Shown: positions 40,372 to 49,385 of the stretch, piece by piece
Numbering within the stretch: position 1 is the first letter of the stretch
Layout: the number at the start of each line of letters is the position of its first letter
Assembly: GCA_947591455.1 (NCBI GenBank)
Contig: CANQDC010000002.1
Span: forward strand, 1-53,410
Direction: 5' to 3'
Length of the DNA stretch: 53,410 bases
Origin: an uncultured Bacilli bacterium
GTDB taxonomy: Bacteria; Bacillota_I; Bacilli_A; RF39; UBA660
Position numbers and translations under genes: made by a program
The notes under the pieces: model-generated
Told to the model about the DNA's origin: nothing
Databases searched by the model: none
The model's input: only the letters and a program-made list of their open reading frames with translations

Positions 40372-41598
40372 ATGATACAAATTATTTATTATATATTATT
40401 TATAGTAACATTATTATATGGTATATATTTTGTGATTACTGGGTTATTTGCTTTTAAAAATACTGAATCAAAAATAAAAAATCATGTTGCAAAAACAAAA
40501 TTTGCAATATTAATCGCCGCCCGAAATGAAGAAAATGTCATTGGGGATTTAATAAAAAGTCTGAAAGATCAAAATTATCCTACAAATCTTTATGATGTTT
40601 ATACATTAATAAATAATTGTACAGATAATACTCTAGAAGTAGCAAAAAAATCTGGTTCTAAAATAATTAATATTACGGAAAAAGTAAAATCCAAAGGCGA
40701 AGTATTAAAAATTGCTTTTCAAAAATTATCAAAAAAGAATTACGATGCATATATAGTTTTTGATGCTGATAACATTGTTCATACGAATTTTTTAAAAAAA
40801 ATGAATGATTCTTATCAATCAGGATATAAAGTAGCCCAAGGTAGAAAAGATAGTAAAAATTTAGAAGATAATTGGCTTAGTGCAAGTTATTCATTATTTT
40901 ATTATATTCAAAATTTTTTCTTTAATAAATCAAGATTTAAAATTGATGCCGCGGCTGCTATAAATGGAACAGGATTTATGGTAGCTAAAGAAGTTATAGA
41001 TGGTGGATTTAATCCTAAAACAATTACTGAAGATATAGAATTATCCATTATTTGTGTATTACGGGATATAAAAATAGCTTATGTGGAAGAAGCCATTACT
41101 TATGATGAACAACCAACGAAATTTATTGATTCATGGCACCAACGTAGTCGTTGGAGTAAAGGAATTATTGATTGTAATCGTCTTTATCGAAAAGATTTAT
41201 TAAAAAAATTTATTAAAGAGTTTGATTTTTCGGCTTTAGATAAAATATTGTTTAGTGCAGCACCTTTTGTAGAAACGTTAGCTGTTTGTTTAACTTTTGT
41301 ATTAGCTCTATTTAATATTTTAGGAATTGAATTGAATGATATATTTTCTTACTTGTTCTCATTAGGAGTTATATTTTTTATGATAACCTATATGTTAGGA
41401 GTCATTTTAAATATTTTTGTATTAATCTTTTATAAAAGAGATATTTATGAGTGCTTACACGGTATATTTTTATTTTCCTTGTTCTTGATTAGTTGGATAC
41501 CTATTAATGCTATTTATATATTTAAAAAAGATTTAACATGGCATCCAATCAGTCATAATAAAAAAACAAATATGGAAGCCCTATTAAATCAAAAATGA
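40372..41598 (+). CDS. integral-membrane family-2 glycosyltransferase, processive synthase type (QxxRW)
   Basis: N-terminal TM, FAILIAARNEE, FDADN, TEDIELS and QRSRWSKG, then about 4 C-terminal TM helices. The architecture resembles IcaA and cellulose synthases. Confidence 0.75.
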   Translation: MIQIIYYILFIVTLLYGIYFVITGLFAFKNTESKIKNHVAKTKFAILIAARNEENVIGDLIKSLKDQNYPTNLYDVYTLINNCTDNTLEVAKKSGSKIINITEKVKSKGEVLKIAFQKLSKKNYDAYIVFDADNIVHTNFLKKMNDSYQSGYKVAQGRKDSKNLEDNWLSASYSLFYYIQNFFFNKSRFKIDAAAAINGTGFMVAKEVIDGGFNPKTITEDIELSIICVLRDIKIAYVEEAITYDEQPTKFIDSWHQRSRWSKGIIDCNRLYRKDLLKKFIKEFDFSALDKILFSAAPFVETLAVCLTFVLALFNILGIELNDIFSYLFSLGVIFFMITYMLGVILNIFVLIFYKRDIYECLHGIFLFSLFLISWIPINAIYIFKKDLTWHPISHNKKTNMEALLNQK

Positions 41599-41640
41599 AT
41601 AAAATAAAAAAAAACAAGACATAATTATTTAGGTGATAAA

Positions 41641-42144
41641 ATGAAAAAAGGAATAATTGTCTTGTTTTTATTAACTGTTTTTTTCTTAAATACGCATAAA
41701 GAAGAATATATAATTCCTTCAGATGCAATTCGTTTTAGAGTCATTGCGAATAGCAATAGTTTTGCTGATCAAGCTTTAAAAGTAGAAATAAAAAATAATA
41801 TTGAAAATATTGTAAAGACAGATATTCTACAAACCAAAAATAAGATAGAAGCTGAAAATGTTTTAGAAAATAATATTCCAAAAATAAAATCAATGATAGA
41901 TCATTATGGCATATCGTATAATGTAAATTACGGAGATAACTTTTTCCCTGAAAAAAAATATAAAGGTGTAGTCTATGAAGAAGGAGAGTATGAATCTTTA
42001 GTTGTTACCCTAGGTAGTGGAAAAGGAGATAACTGGTGGTGTGTAATGTTCCCACCATTATGTCTATTAGAAACAGACCAAGAAAATACGGATAATATAG
42101 ATTATCAATTTTTTGTAAAAGATATTTTTGATAAATATAAGTAA
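41641..42144 (+). CDS. spoIIR: stage II sporulation protein R (SpoIIGA activation signal)
   Basis: Signal peptide, then IRFRVIANSNSFADQALKVEIKN and NWWCVMFPPLC. Confidence 0.88.
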   Translation: MKKGIIVLFLLTVFFLNTHKEEYIIPSDAIRFRVIANSNSFADQALKVEIKNNIENIVKTDILQTKNKIEAENVLENNIPKIKSMIDHYGISYNVNYGDNFFPEKKYKGVVYEEGEYESLVVTLGSGKGDNWWCVMFPPLCLLETDQENTDNIDYQFFVKDIFDKYK

Positions 42145-42190
42145 TGAAAATGAAATTCTCTTAGTATATTTTATTAGGAGGATTTTTTTT

Positions 42191-42727
42191 ATGGGAGAAT
42201 TAATTACAGTTTTTATTATAGCAATTGCTTTAAGTATGGACACATTTTCACTTTCTTTAGGAATAGGAACGTATCATTTCCCACGAAAGAAAATGCTGTT
42301 ATTTTCAAGTATTGTTGGCATGATGCATTTTCTAATGCCATTACTTGGGAATTTTATTGGAAATACCATTATTTCTTTTTTTACTTTAAGTAGTGATTTT
42401 TTATTAGGAGTCATTTTACTTTATTTAGCCATTTCAATGTTAATTGACTTGTTTAAAAAAGAAGAAAAAGAATGGCAACTAAATTTGTTTAGTATGTTCT
42501 TATTTGCTTTTGGAGTATCCATAGATAGTTTTTCAACTGGATTAGGTCTTCAAGCGATAACAGATAACCTATTAGCAACTGTGATTATATTCTCAATAAC
42601 GAGTTTCTGTTTTACTTATCTTGGATTACTAATTGGTAAATATGCAAATAAAATTTTAGGTATATATGCTACTATTTTTGGATCAATTTTATTAATTTTA
42701 ATAGGAATATTCCATTTGTGTAAATAA
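42191..42727 (+). CDS. mntP: manganese efflux pump MntP (YwlD)
   Basis: IAIALSMDTFSLSLG and AFGVSIDSFSTGLG, the duplicated DUF204 motif. ATG at 42191 follows an AGGAGG SD. Confidence 0.85.
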   Translation: MGELITVFIIAIALSMDTFSLSLGIGTYHFPRKKMLLFSSIVGMMHFLMPLLGNFIGNTIISFFTLSSDFLLGVILLYLAISMLIDLFKKEEKEWQLNLFSMFLFAFGVSIDSFSTGLGLQAITDNLLATVIIFSITSFCFTYLGLLIGKYANKILGIYATIFGSILLILIGIFHLCK

Positions 42728-42795
42728 AATGTAGCAGAAATTGACAAGAAGGGAAGATTAATTTTAAAATGAAATTAAAGGATTGTGATAACGAT

Positions 42796-44052
42796 ATGCA
42801 AAAAATGATTATTCAAGGTGGGAATAAGTTATCTGGAACGATTACTATCAATGGTGCTAAAAATAGTGCTGTGGCTCTTTTACCAGCCGCTATCCTGTCA
42901 GGTGGTAAAACGGTTATTACCAATGTACCTGATATAACCGATGTGGAAGTATTAAGTGAAATTATTAAACAATTAAATGGAACAATTACAAAAGAAAAAA
43001 ATAGGGTAATTATAGACTCTAGTCAAATTATGAACAATCCCATTTCTAAAGATTTATCAAGTAAGCTTAGAGCTTCCTATTATTTTATGGGTGCTTTATT
43101 AGCCAAATTTAATTACGTAGAAATTTATTATCCAGGAGGATGTAATTTTGGTGCTCGTCAAATTGATTATCATTTAAAAGGCTTTGAAGCCCTTGGTGCC
43201 AAAGTGAATATGGAACAGGAAAAGTTCATTATTACCGCTAAAGAATTAAAAGGGGCGCAAATAAAATTACCTTTTCCCAGTGTAGGAGCAACCATTAATC
43301 TTATGCTAGCTGCCACAAAAGCTCATGGAAAAACCGTCATATATAATGCTGCGAAAGAACCAGAAATCAAAAATGTTGCTGATTTTTTAAATAAAATGGG
43401 TGCAAATATTACGGGAGCTGGTTCGGATACAATTGAAATTCTGGGGGTAACTGAACTTCATGAGGCCATAATTGAAGTGATACCAGATCGAATTGAAGCA
43501 GGAACATATATTATTGCGGGAGCTTTGATGGGAAAGAACTTAACGATAAAAAATGTTAACATAAAACATTTAAAAGCCTTTTTAAATACTTTAGAACAAA
43601 TGGAAATACCTTTTTCGGTAGGGAAAAATGAAATTACAATTTCAGAAGCAAAAGAAATCAAACCTATAGATATAGAAACCAAAGTATATCCTGGGTTTCC
43701 TACTGATTTAGCACAACCTATTTGTGTATTATTATTAAAAGCACAAGGAATTTCTCATGTAAAAGAAAATATCTATCATAAACGTTTAGGACATGTTAAA
43801 TATTTAAATAAAATGGGCGCAAACATTATAATAGATGATTTTACAGAAAAAATTATCGGTCCTGTAGAATTACATGGAACCGAAGTCGAAGCAAGCGATT
43901 TACGAGCAGGGGCTACTCTTTTTCTTGCTGCTTTAATTAGTAAAGAAAAAACAATTATAAGCAATGTAGAATATATTTTAAGAGGATATGAAAAAATTGT
44001 TCGAAAATTATCAAGTGTTGGTGCTAATATTCGCATTGAAACAATAAAATAG
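42796..44052 (+). CDS. murA: UDP-N-acetylglucosamine 1-carboxyvinyltransferase
   Basis: MQKMIIQGGNKLSGTITINGAKNSAVALLPAA and YPGGCNFGARQIDYH (active-site Cys). Confidence 0.93.
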   Translation: MQKMIIQGGNKLSGTITINGAKNSAVALLPAAILSGGKTVITNVPDITDVEVLSEIIKQLNGTITKEKNRVIIDSSQIMNNPISKDLSSKLRASYYFMGALLAKFNYVEIYYPGGCNFGARQIDYHLKGFEALGAKVNMEQEKFIITAKELKGAQIKLPFPSVGATINLMLAATKAHGKTVIYNAAKEPEIKNVADFLNKMGANITGAGSDTIEILGVTELHEAIIEVIPDRIEAGTYIIAGALMGKNLTIKNVNIKHLKAFLNTLEQMEIPFSVGKNEITISEAKEIKPIDIETKVYPGFPTDLAQPICVLLLKAQGISHVKENIYHKRLGHVKYLNKMGANIIIDDFTEKIIGPVELHGTEVEASDLRAGATLFLAALISKEKTIISNVEYILRGYEKIVRKLSSVGANIRIETIK

Positions 44053-44084
44053 TATAGGAATATACTTTTTTTTATGGGGGTTTT

Positions 44085-44783
44085 ATGAAATATAAAATAT
44101 TAATTATTTTAATTTTAGGAACTATAATTACTTCAATTATTTATTTTAATGTAGATCATTCAAAACAAAATATTTTAGCATTAGGAGATGGACTATCTTA
44201 TGGAATGACCGCCTACCATGTAGAAGGCTATGATTTTAATGACTATTTAGTAGAATATATAAATAAAGATGGAAAATTAAACAAATATTATCGCTTTTTT
44301 AATGAAACGGATGAAACCGTAGAAAGTTTAATTACAAAGATAAATAGTAATATTTTAAATTTAGACAAACATACAAGAATAAAGCATGCTATCAAAGATG
44401 CAGATCTTATTACCATTGCCTTAGGAATGGATGAACTAAATAATTATGCTTTAAAAAATAATTTAGGATCAACTAAAATAAATGGTTTTTTAAAAAAATA
44501 TGATGAATTACTAAAACTAATCACAAGTTTAAACCATAAAAAAATTCTAATTATAAGTATGTATCCCTCACAACTGATTTCTATGACGAAAGTACAAAAA
44601 ATAAACAATAAAATTCAAGAACTATGTCAAAAATACAAAGTAGTTTTTATAGATATATCCAAAATCAGTAATAATAAAGAGTATTTTGCTTTAGAAAAAA
44701 GTTACTATCCAAATTATAAAGGTCAAAAATATATATTTGATATTATAAAGAAATACTATGATGGGTTACCAACAATTCTTTAA
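44085..44783 (+). CDS. membrane-anchored SGNH/GDSL-family hydrolase
   Basis: N-terminal TM helix, then LALGDGLSYG (block I GDS) and ITIALGMDEL. Confidence 0.65.
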   Translation: MKYKILIILILGTIITSIIYFNVDHSKQNILALGDGLSYGMTAYHVEGYDFNDYLVEYINKDGKLNKYYRFFNETDETVESLITKINSNILNLDKHTRIKHAIKDADLITIALGMDELNNYALKNNLGSTKINGFLKKYDELLKLITSLNHKKILIISMYPSQLISMTKVQKINNKIQELCQKYKVVFIDISKISNNKEYFALEKSYYPNYKGQKYIFDIIKKYYDGLPTIL

Positions 44784-44892
44784 ATAAGGATTTCAATCAA
44801 AAATCTATTGCTAATTTGTAAACTTATGATATAATACATAAGACAAAGGAAATTACTATGCCTAGGATTAGGTATGGCGAAAGGAGTGTAAT

Positions 44893-45111
44893 ATGAAAGC
44901 AAATATACATCCAGAAATGAAAGAAACTACAATTAAATGTGCCTGTGGAGCTTCATTTAATACAAGATCAACAAAAGAAAATATTGAGGTAGAAATTTGC
45001 AGTAAATGTCATCCTTTTTATACTGGAAAACAAGGAAATGCAAAACGTACTGGAAATATTGAAAAGTTTAATCGTAAATATGGATTAAATAAAGATGACA
45101 AAGCTGCATAA
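44893..45111 (+). CDS. rpmE: 50S ribosomal protein L31 (zinc-binding type A)
   Basis: [19 protein letters not shown]...[12 protein letters not shown]. Confidence 0.93.
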   Translation: MKANIHPEMKETTIKCACGASFNTRSTKENIEVEICSKCHPFYTGKQGNAKRTGNIEKFNRKYGLNKDDKAA

Positions 45112-45164
45112 GCAGTTTTTTCTTTGGAAAGAATATGTTAAAATACAATTAATGAGGAAAAAAT

Positions 45165-46169
45165 ATGAAAAAATTTAAATATCTTTTAAAAAGAATCACA
45201 AGTATGAATTTTAAAAATTTCTTTAAAACTATCAATGACGTGCATAAAAAAACAAAACAAAATAGAATATACTTATTTTTTGATATCATATATTGTGGAT
45301 TGAAATATCAAGCCGGATATATTGATTATAATTTATTTGAAATGTATAAAATGAATAAATATGAAAGAAAGACAATCATTACCAGAGGAATAAATAATGA
45401 ATACATAAAAAAATATAATAATCCAAAATATATGCATTATTTTAATAGTAAAATTGCCTTTAATAAAGAATTTAATAAGTATTTAAATAGAAATTGGATG
45501 GAAATAACGGGAAAGAATATTAAAGAATTTAAAACTTTTTGTAATAAACATAAAACAATTGTAGCCAAACCCGATAGTTCTTCTTGTGGTAAAGGGGTAG
45601 AAATCATTGAAGTAAAAAATAAAGATATTAAAGATTTATATCAACGTTTACTTGAAAATAAACAAATTTTAATCGAGGAAGAAGCGAAGCAATGTAAAAA
45701 AATAATGGAGCTTCATCCTGAATCAATTAATACAGTTCGAGTGGTAACTTTATTAGGGAGTGTTGTTGTTGCTTTTTTACGTATAGGAAATAATCATAAT
45801 CATGTGGATAACTTTAATCATGAAGGTTTAGTAGCTCCCATTGATATCGAAACAGGTACAATAAATTATCAAGCATTAGACAAAAAGAAAAATTTATATA
45901 CCAAGCATCCAATTACAAATAAAAATATTGTTGGATTAAAAATACCTAAATGGAAAAAAATAAAAGAATTATGTGAAGAAGCTTCTTTAGAAATTCCGGA
46001 AGTTGGTTATGTAGGATGGGACGTTTGCATCGGCGAAGAGAAATGTTTTTTTATTGAAGGAAATGAATTCCCAGGCCATGATTTGTACCAACTTCCTCCA
46101 CATAGAGAGGGAAATATAGGACTTTTACCAGTATTTAAAAAGGCCGAAGAAAGGAAAATAGAAAAATGA
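45165..46169 (+). CDS. ATP-grasp protein, 'sugar-transfer-associated' type
   Basis: The N-terminal region FDIIYCGLKYQAGYIDYNLFEMYKMN...YNNPKY...NSKIAFNKEF...IVAKPDSSSCGKGVEII and the C-terminal GWDVCI...FFIEGNEFPG fit the ATP-grasp pattern. This family assignment is from memory. Confidence 0.55.
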   Translation: MKKFKYLLKRITSMNFKNFFKTINDVHKKTKQNRIYLFFDIIYCGLKYQAGYIDYNLFEMYKMNKYERKTIITRGINNEYIKKYNNPKYMHYFNSKIAFNKEFNKYLNRNWMEITGKNIKEFKTFCNKHKTIVAKPDSSSCGKGVEIIEVKNKDIKDLYQRLLENKQILIEEEAKQCKKIMELHPESINTVRVVTLLGSVVVAFLRIGNNHNHVDNFNHEGLVAPIDIETGTINYQALDKKKNLYTKHPITNKNIVGLKIPKWKKIKELCEEASLEIPEVGYVGWDVCIGEEKCFFIEGNEFPGHDLYQLPPHREGNIGLLPVFKKAEERKIEK

Positions 46170-46609
46170 AAATATTTATTGGTTCAGATCATCGAGGAGT
46201 AAATCTAAGAAAACAAATTATAAATGGGCTAGAGGAAGATGGAATTAAGGTTGAAGAAACAAAACTGCAAAATTTTGATTTAGATGATTATCCTGATTTT
46301 GCCTTTGATATCGGTGAAAAAGTTATTAAAAGTGAAGATAATTTAGGAATTTTAATTTGTGGTAATGGAATAGGGATTAGTATTGCAGCCAATAAAGTAA
46401 AAGGGATTCGTTGTGCCAGAGTTTTATCGGAAGACGATGCTTTTAAAGCGAAAAATCATAATGGGGCGAATTGTATTGCTATCGGAGCAGATATGCCTTT
46501 TGAAAAGGCAATGGAAATTATTAATGTATTTATAAGTACGAAAAAAGCAACAGAAGAAAGACACATAAAACGAATTCAAAAAATCATAAATTATGAATCT
46601 GGAGAATAA
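46166..46609 (+). CDS. rpiB: ribose-5-phosphate isomerase B (LacAB/RpiB family)
   Basis: MKIFIGSDHRG and ILICGNGIGISIAANKVKGIRCA. Confidence 0.9.
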   Translation: MKIFIGSDHRGVNLRKQIINGLEEDGIKVEETKLQNFDLDDYPDFAFDIGEKVIKSEDNLGILICGNGIGISIAANKVKGIRCARVLSEDDAFKAKNHNGANCIAIGADMPFEKAMEIINVFISTKKATEERHIKRIQKIINYESGE

Positions 46610-46610
46610 A

Positions 46611-46808
46611 ATGAATTATAAATTATTGTTATATGTATTTAATATTATGGCTATATTTTATGTCTTAAGTGGAATAAATTTTAATAATTTATTTAAGAAA
46701 AATAAAGTAATAGAAAGTCGTCTATTTGTTATGATCCTTGGCTTTATACTTGCTTATTTATTAACAAATTTTGTTTTTGATTTTTTAAATGTAAGTGCAA
46801 TCTTTTAA
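46611..46808 (+). CDS. small two-TM membrane protein, DUF1146/YwzB-like
   Basis: MNYKLLLYVFNIMAIFYVLSGINFNNLFKKNKVIESRLFVMILGFILAYLLTNFVFDFL. ATG at 46611 follows a GGAGA SD. It sits in the ywzB position upstream of the spoIID block. Confidence 0.55.
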   Translation: MNYKLLLYVFNIMAIFYVLSGINFNNLFKKNKVIESRLFVMILGFILAYLLTNFVFDFLNVSAIF

Positions 46809-46819
46809 GGAGAAATACT

Positions 46820-47722
46820 ATGAAAAATAAAATATTATTAGGAGTAGTAGTATTTTTAGGAATTGTTTTAATTGTAGTGATTGAAAATAAACCCAATCAC
46901 TCTTTTTTTTCTCAAGAAAAAACCATTACGATAAAAAATGAAAATGATAAATTACAAGAATTAAATTTAGAAGATTATCTAATTGGAGTGTTAGCAGCAG
47001 AAATGCCCGCTTTATTTGATATTGAAGCTTTAAAAGCTCAGGCAGTAGCAGCCAGAAGTTATGCGGTATATAAAATTGAACATACAAAAAATGATTACGA
47101 TATTTTAACCTCTATTACCAATCAATCTTACATTACCAAAGAAGAAATGCAAGAAAAATGGCAAGAAGAGTATCAAAAATACTATGATAAAATTTCTTTA
47201 GCAGTTCATAATACTGAAAACGAAGTTATGTATTATAACAATGAAATTATCGAAGCTTTTTATTTTTCTATGAGTAATGGTAAAACAGAAGAGGCAAGTA
47301 CAGTTTTTAAAGAAAATTTACCTTATATCGAATCAGTAGAATCTAATTGGGAAAAACAAGATAAAAATTTTGAAGTTACAAAGCAGTTTTCTAAAACAGA
47401 ATTTTGTCAATTATTAAATATAGAAAATTGTAGTGAGCTAACTATAAGTAATATAGAAAAAAGTGATTCAGGAAGAGTATTAAATTTAAAAATTAATGAC
47501 AAAGAATTTTTAGGAACAGATATAAGAAAAAAATTAAATCTTCGTTCTACAGATTTTCAAATTGTAGAAAAAGAAAATACTTTGATAATTACCACAAAAG
47601 GGTATGGGCATGGTGTAGGAATGAGTCAATATGGAGCAAATGGTATGGCGAAAGAAGGGTATAATTATAAAGAAATCTTAAATTACTATTATAAAGACAT
47701 TACAATAAAGAAAATGGTATAA
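46820..47722 (+). CDS. spoIID: stage II sporulation protein D (lytic transglycosylase)
   Basis: GVLAAEMPALFDIEALKAQAVAARSYA, EAFYFSMSNGKTE and GHGVGMSQYGANGMA. Confidence 0.92.
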   Translation: MKNKILLGVVVFLGIVLIVVIENKPNHSFFSQEKTITIKNENDKLQELNLEDYLIGVLAAEMPALFDIEALKAQAVAARSYAVYKIEHTKNDYDILTSITNQSYITKEEMQEKWQEEYQKYYDKISLAVHNTENEVMYYNNEIIEAFYFSMSNGKTEEASTVFKENLPYIESVESNWEKQDKNFEVTKQFSKTEFCQLLNIENCSELTISNIEKSDSGRVLNLKINDKEFLGTDIRKKLNLRSTDFQIVEKENTLIITTKGYGHGVGMSQYGANGMAKEGYNYKEILNYYYKDITIKKMV

Positions 47723-47766
47723 AACAAAAAAATATGTTCAGACTTACTAGTAGGAAGGTGAGTCAA

Positions 47767-48393
47767 ATGACAAATAGAAAATTAAGAGGATATGTGAAAC
47801 CAACCATTTTTATGATTAGTATTAGTATTATCTTACTATCTTTAATGGTATTAGGACGTAATCAAAAAACTTCAAATGGAGTAGATCAAACATATGTTAT
47901 GAACGCTTTAATTGATACTGTGACACCAGTTGTAAATACAGAAACAAAGGAAATTATAAAACCGTATATTAATGAAAATGTATCAATAAATAAAGCCTTC
48001 TATAACAAAGATGCAACAGAAGAAGAACAAAAAAATGCTTTAATTTATTATGAAAATACTTATTTACAAAATAGTGGAATCATATATGCTGGAAATGAGG
48101 AATTTGATGTTGTAGCAGTTTTAGATGGGACCATAATTGATGTTAAAGAAGATGAAATATTAAATACAGTCGTTTATGTAGCACACGAGAATAATATAAC
48201 AACGATCTATTATGGATTAAAAGATGTAAACGTAAAAGTAAATGATCAAGTTACCCAAGGACAAGTATTAGGAAAAAGTAACACGAATAAATTTTGTGAA
48301 GACGGATACTCATTACTTTTTGAAGTAAATAATAATGGCCAAGTTATGAATCCAGAAGATTTTTATGTTATGAATTTAAATGAAATAAATTAA
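47767..48393 (+). CDS. spoIIQ: SpoIIQ-like membrane protein with a degenerate LytM/M23 domain
   Basis: TM anchor, then an M23-like fold. The expected HxxxD and HxH motifs read SGIIYAG and YSLLFEV. It lies between spoIID and spoIIID. Confidence 0.65.
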   Translation: MTNRKLRGYVKPTIFMISISIILLSLMVLGRNQKTSNGVDQTYVMNALIDTVTPVVNTETKEIIKPYINENVSINKAFYNKDATEEEQKNALIYYENTYLQNSGIIYAGNEEFDVVAVLDGTIIDVKEDEILNTVVYVAHENNITTIYYGLKDVNVKVNDQVTQGQVLGKSNTNKFCEDGYSLLFEVNNNGQVMNPEDFYVMNLNEIN

Positions 48394-48444
48394 GAATAGA
48401 CAACCCCAGATAAAAATATATTTTATCAAGGGGTTGTTTAATAA

Positions 48445-48693
48445 ATGGATCAAAAAATAAAAGACAGAATAAAAAAAGAAACTGATTACATATTAACTAC
48501 AAAAGATACATTAAGAAATGTAGCCAAAAAATTTAAAGTAAGTAAAAGTACAGTTCATAAAGATATGAGTGAAAGACTATATAAATTATCTCCTGAATTA
48601 GCTGATAAAATAAGAAATATTTTAAATGAACATTTAGAATATAGACATATTAAAGGAGGAGAATCAACCAAAATAAAATATCAAAAAGCCTAG
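48445..48693 (+). CDS. spoIIID: stage III sporulation transcription factor SpoIIID
   Basis: LRNVAKKFKVSKSTVHKDMSERL...EHLEYRHIKGGESTK. Confidence 0.93.
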   Translation: MDQKIKDRIKKETDYILTTKDTLRNVAKKFKVSKSTVHKDMSERLYKLSPELADKIRNILNEHLEYRHIKGGESTKIKYQKA

Positions 48694-48708
48694 ATATGAA
48701 GGTGATTT

Positions 48709-49308
48709 ATGAAAAAAGAAAGATATATTTGTTATATCAATGATAATATGCTTTATTTACTCGATCAAAGAAAAAATGATCTATATGAAACCAAATGTAA
48801 ATATTTAAAAGAAGATGAAATTCAAGATGAACAAAAATTTTATTTTGAATGGAATGAATTCATTAGAAAAAATAAGATAAAAATTTCTTTATTTGGTTAT
48901 AAAATAAAAGTAATTACTAAAAAAAATATGAATGGTATTCAAATATCAAAATTAAAAGAGATTTTAGAAGATTATTTTCAAAAAGTTACTTTTCTTTTTT
49001 TAGAAGATTTATTATCTTTAAATAAGAAAGAAGCTATGCTAAATATAAATACTACCTATATAGAATTCATATATTTAAAAAAAAGTGAAGTTCAAATTTT
49101 AAGAATACCTCTTTATTTATTTAGTGGAAAAGAATTTAAAGCCATTTCATTTGTAATAAATTCAATCTTTTATCCAAGTAAAGTTATATTATATGGAAAT
49201 AATTCCAAAATTCCAAAATTGGCATTACAAATTCACAAAGAATTAAAAATCGGAGCAACTTATTCAGAAAATTACAACACATATATTTTAGAAAAATATA
49301 TAATTTAA
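48709..49308 (+). CDS. hypothetical protein (199 aa)
   Basis: GAAGGTGA SD. It starts 15 nt after the spoIIID stop. I do not recognise a family. Confidence 0.55.
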   Translation: MKKERYICYINDNMLYLLDQRKNDLYETKCKYLKEDEIQDEQKFYFEWNEFIRKNKIKISLFGYKIKVITKKNMNGIQISKLKEILEDYFQKVTFLFLEDLLSLNKKEAMLNINTTYIEFIYLKKSEVQILRIPLYLFSGKEFKAISFVINSIFYPSKVILYGNNSKIPKLALQIHKELKIGATYSENYNTYILEKYII

Positions 49309-49338
49309 TGCACTCAAAAAAAGAGTGTGTTTTTTTTA
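49309..49338 (+). terminator. intrinsic terminator
   Basis: GCACTC-aaaaaaa-GAGTGT followed by a T-run. Confidence 0.6.
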
Positions 49339-49385
49339 TAAAAATTATGCTATAATTGCAAATAGTAAACTAAAGGAGTTGCAGT

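Noticed and set aside
42145-42190. A yybP-ykoY manganese riboswitch upstream of mntP.
   Set aside because: The spoIIR-mntP gap is only 46 nt, far too short for the roughly 100-nt-plus riboswitch. No conserved motif is visible.
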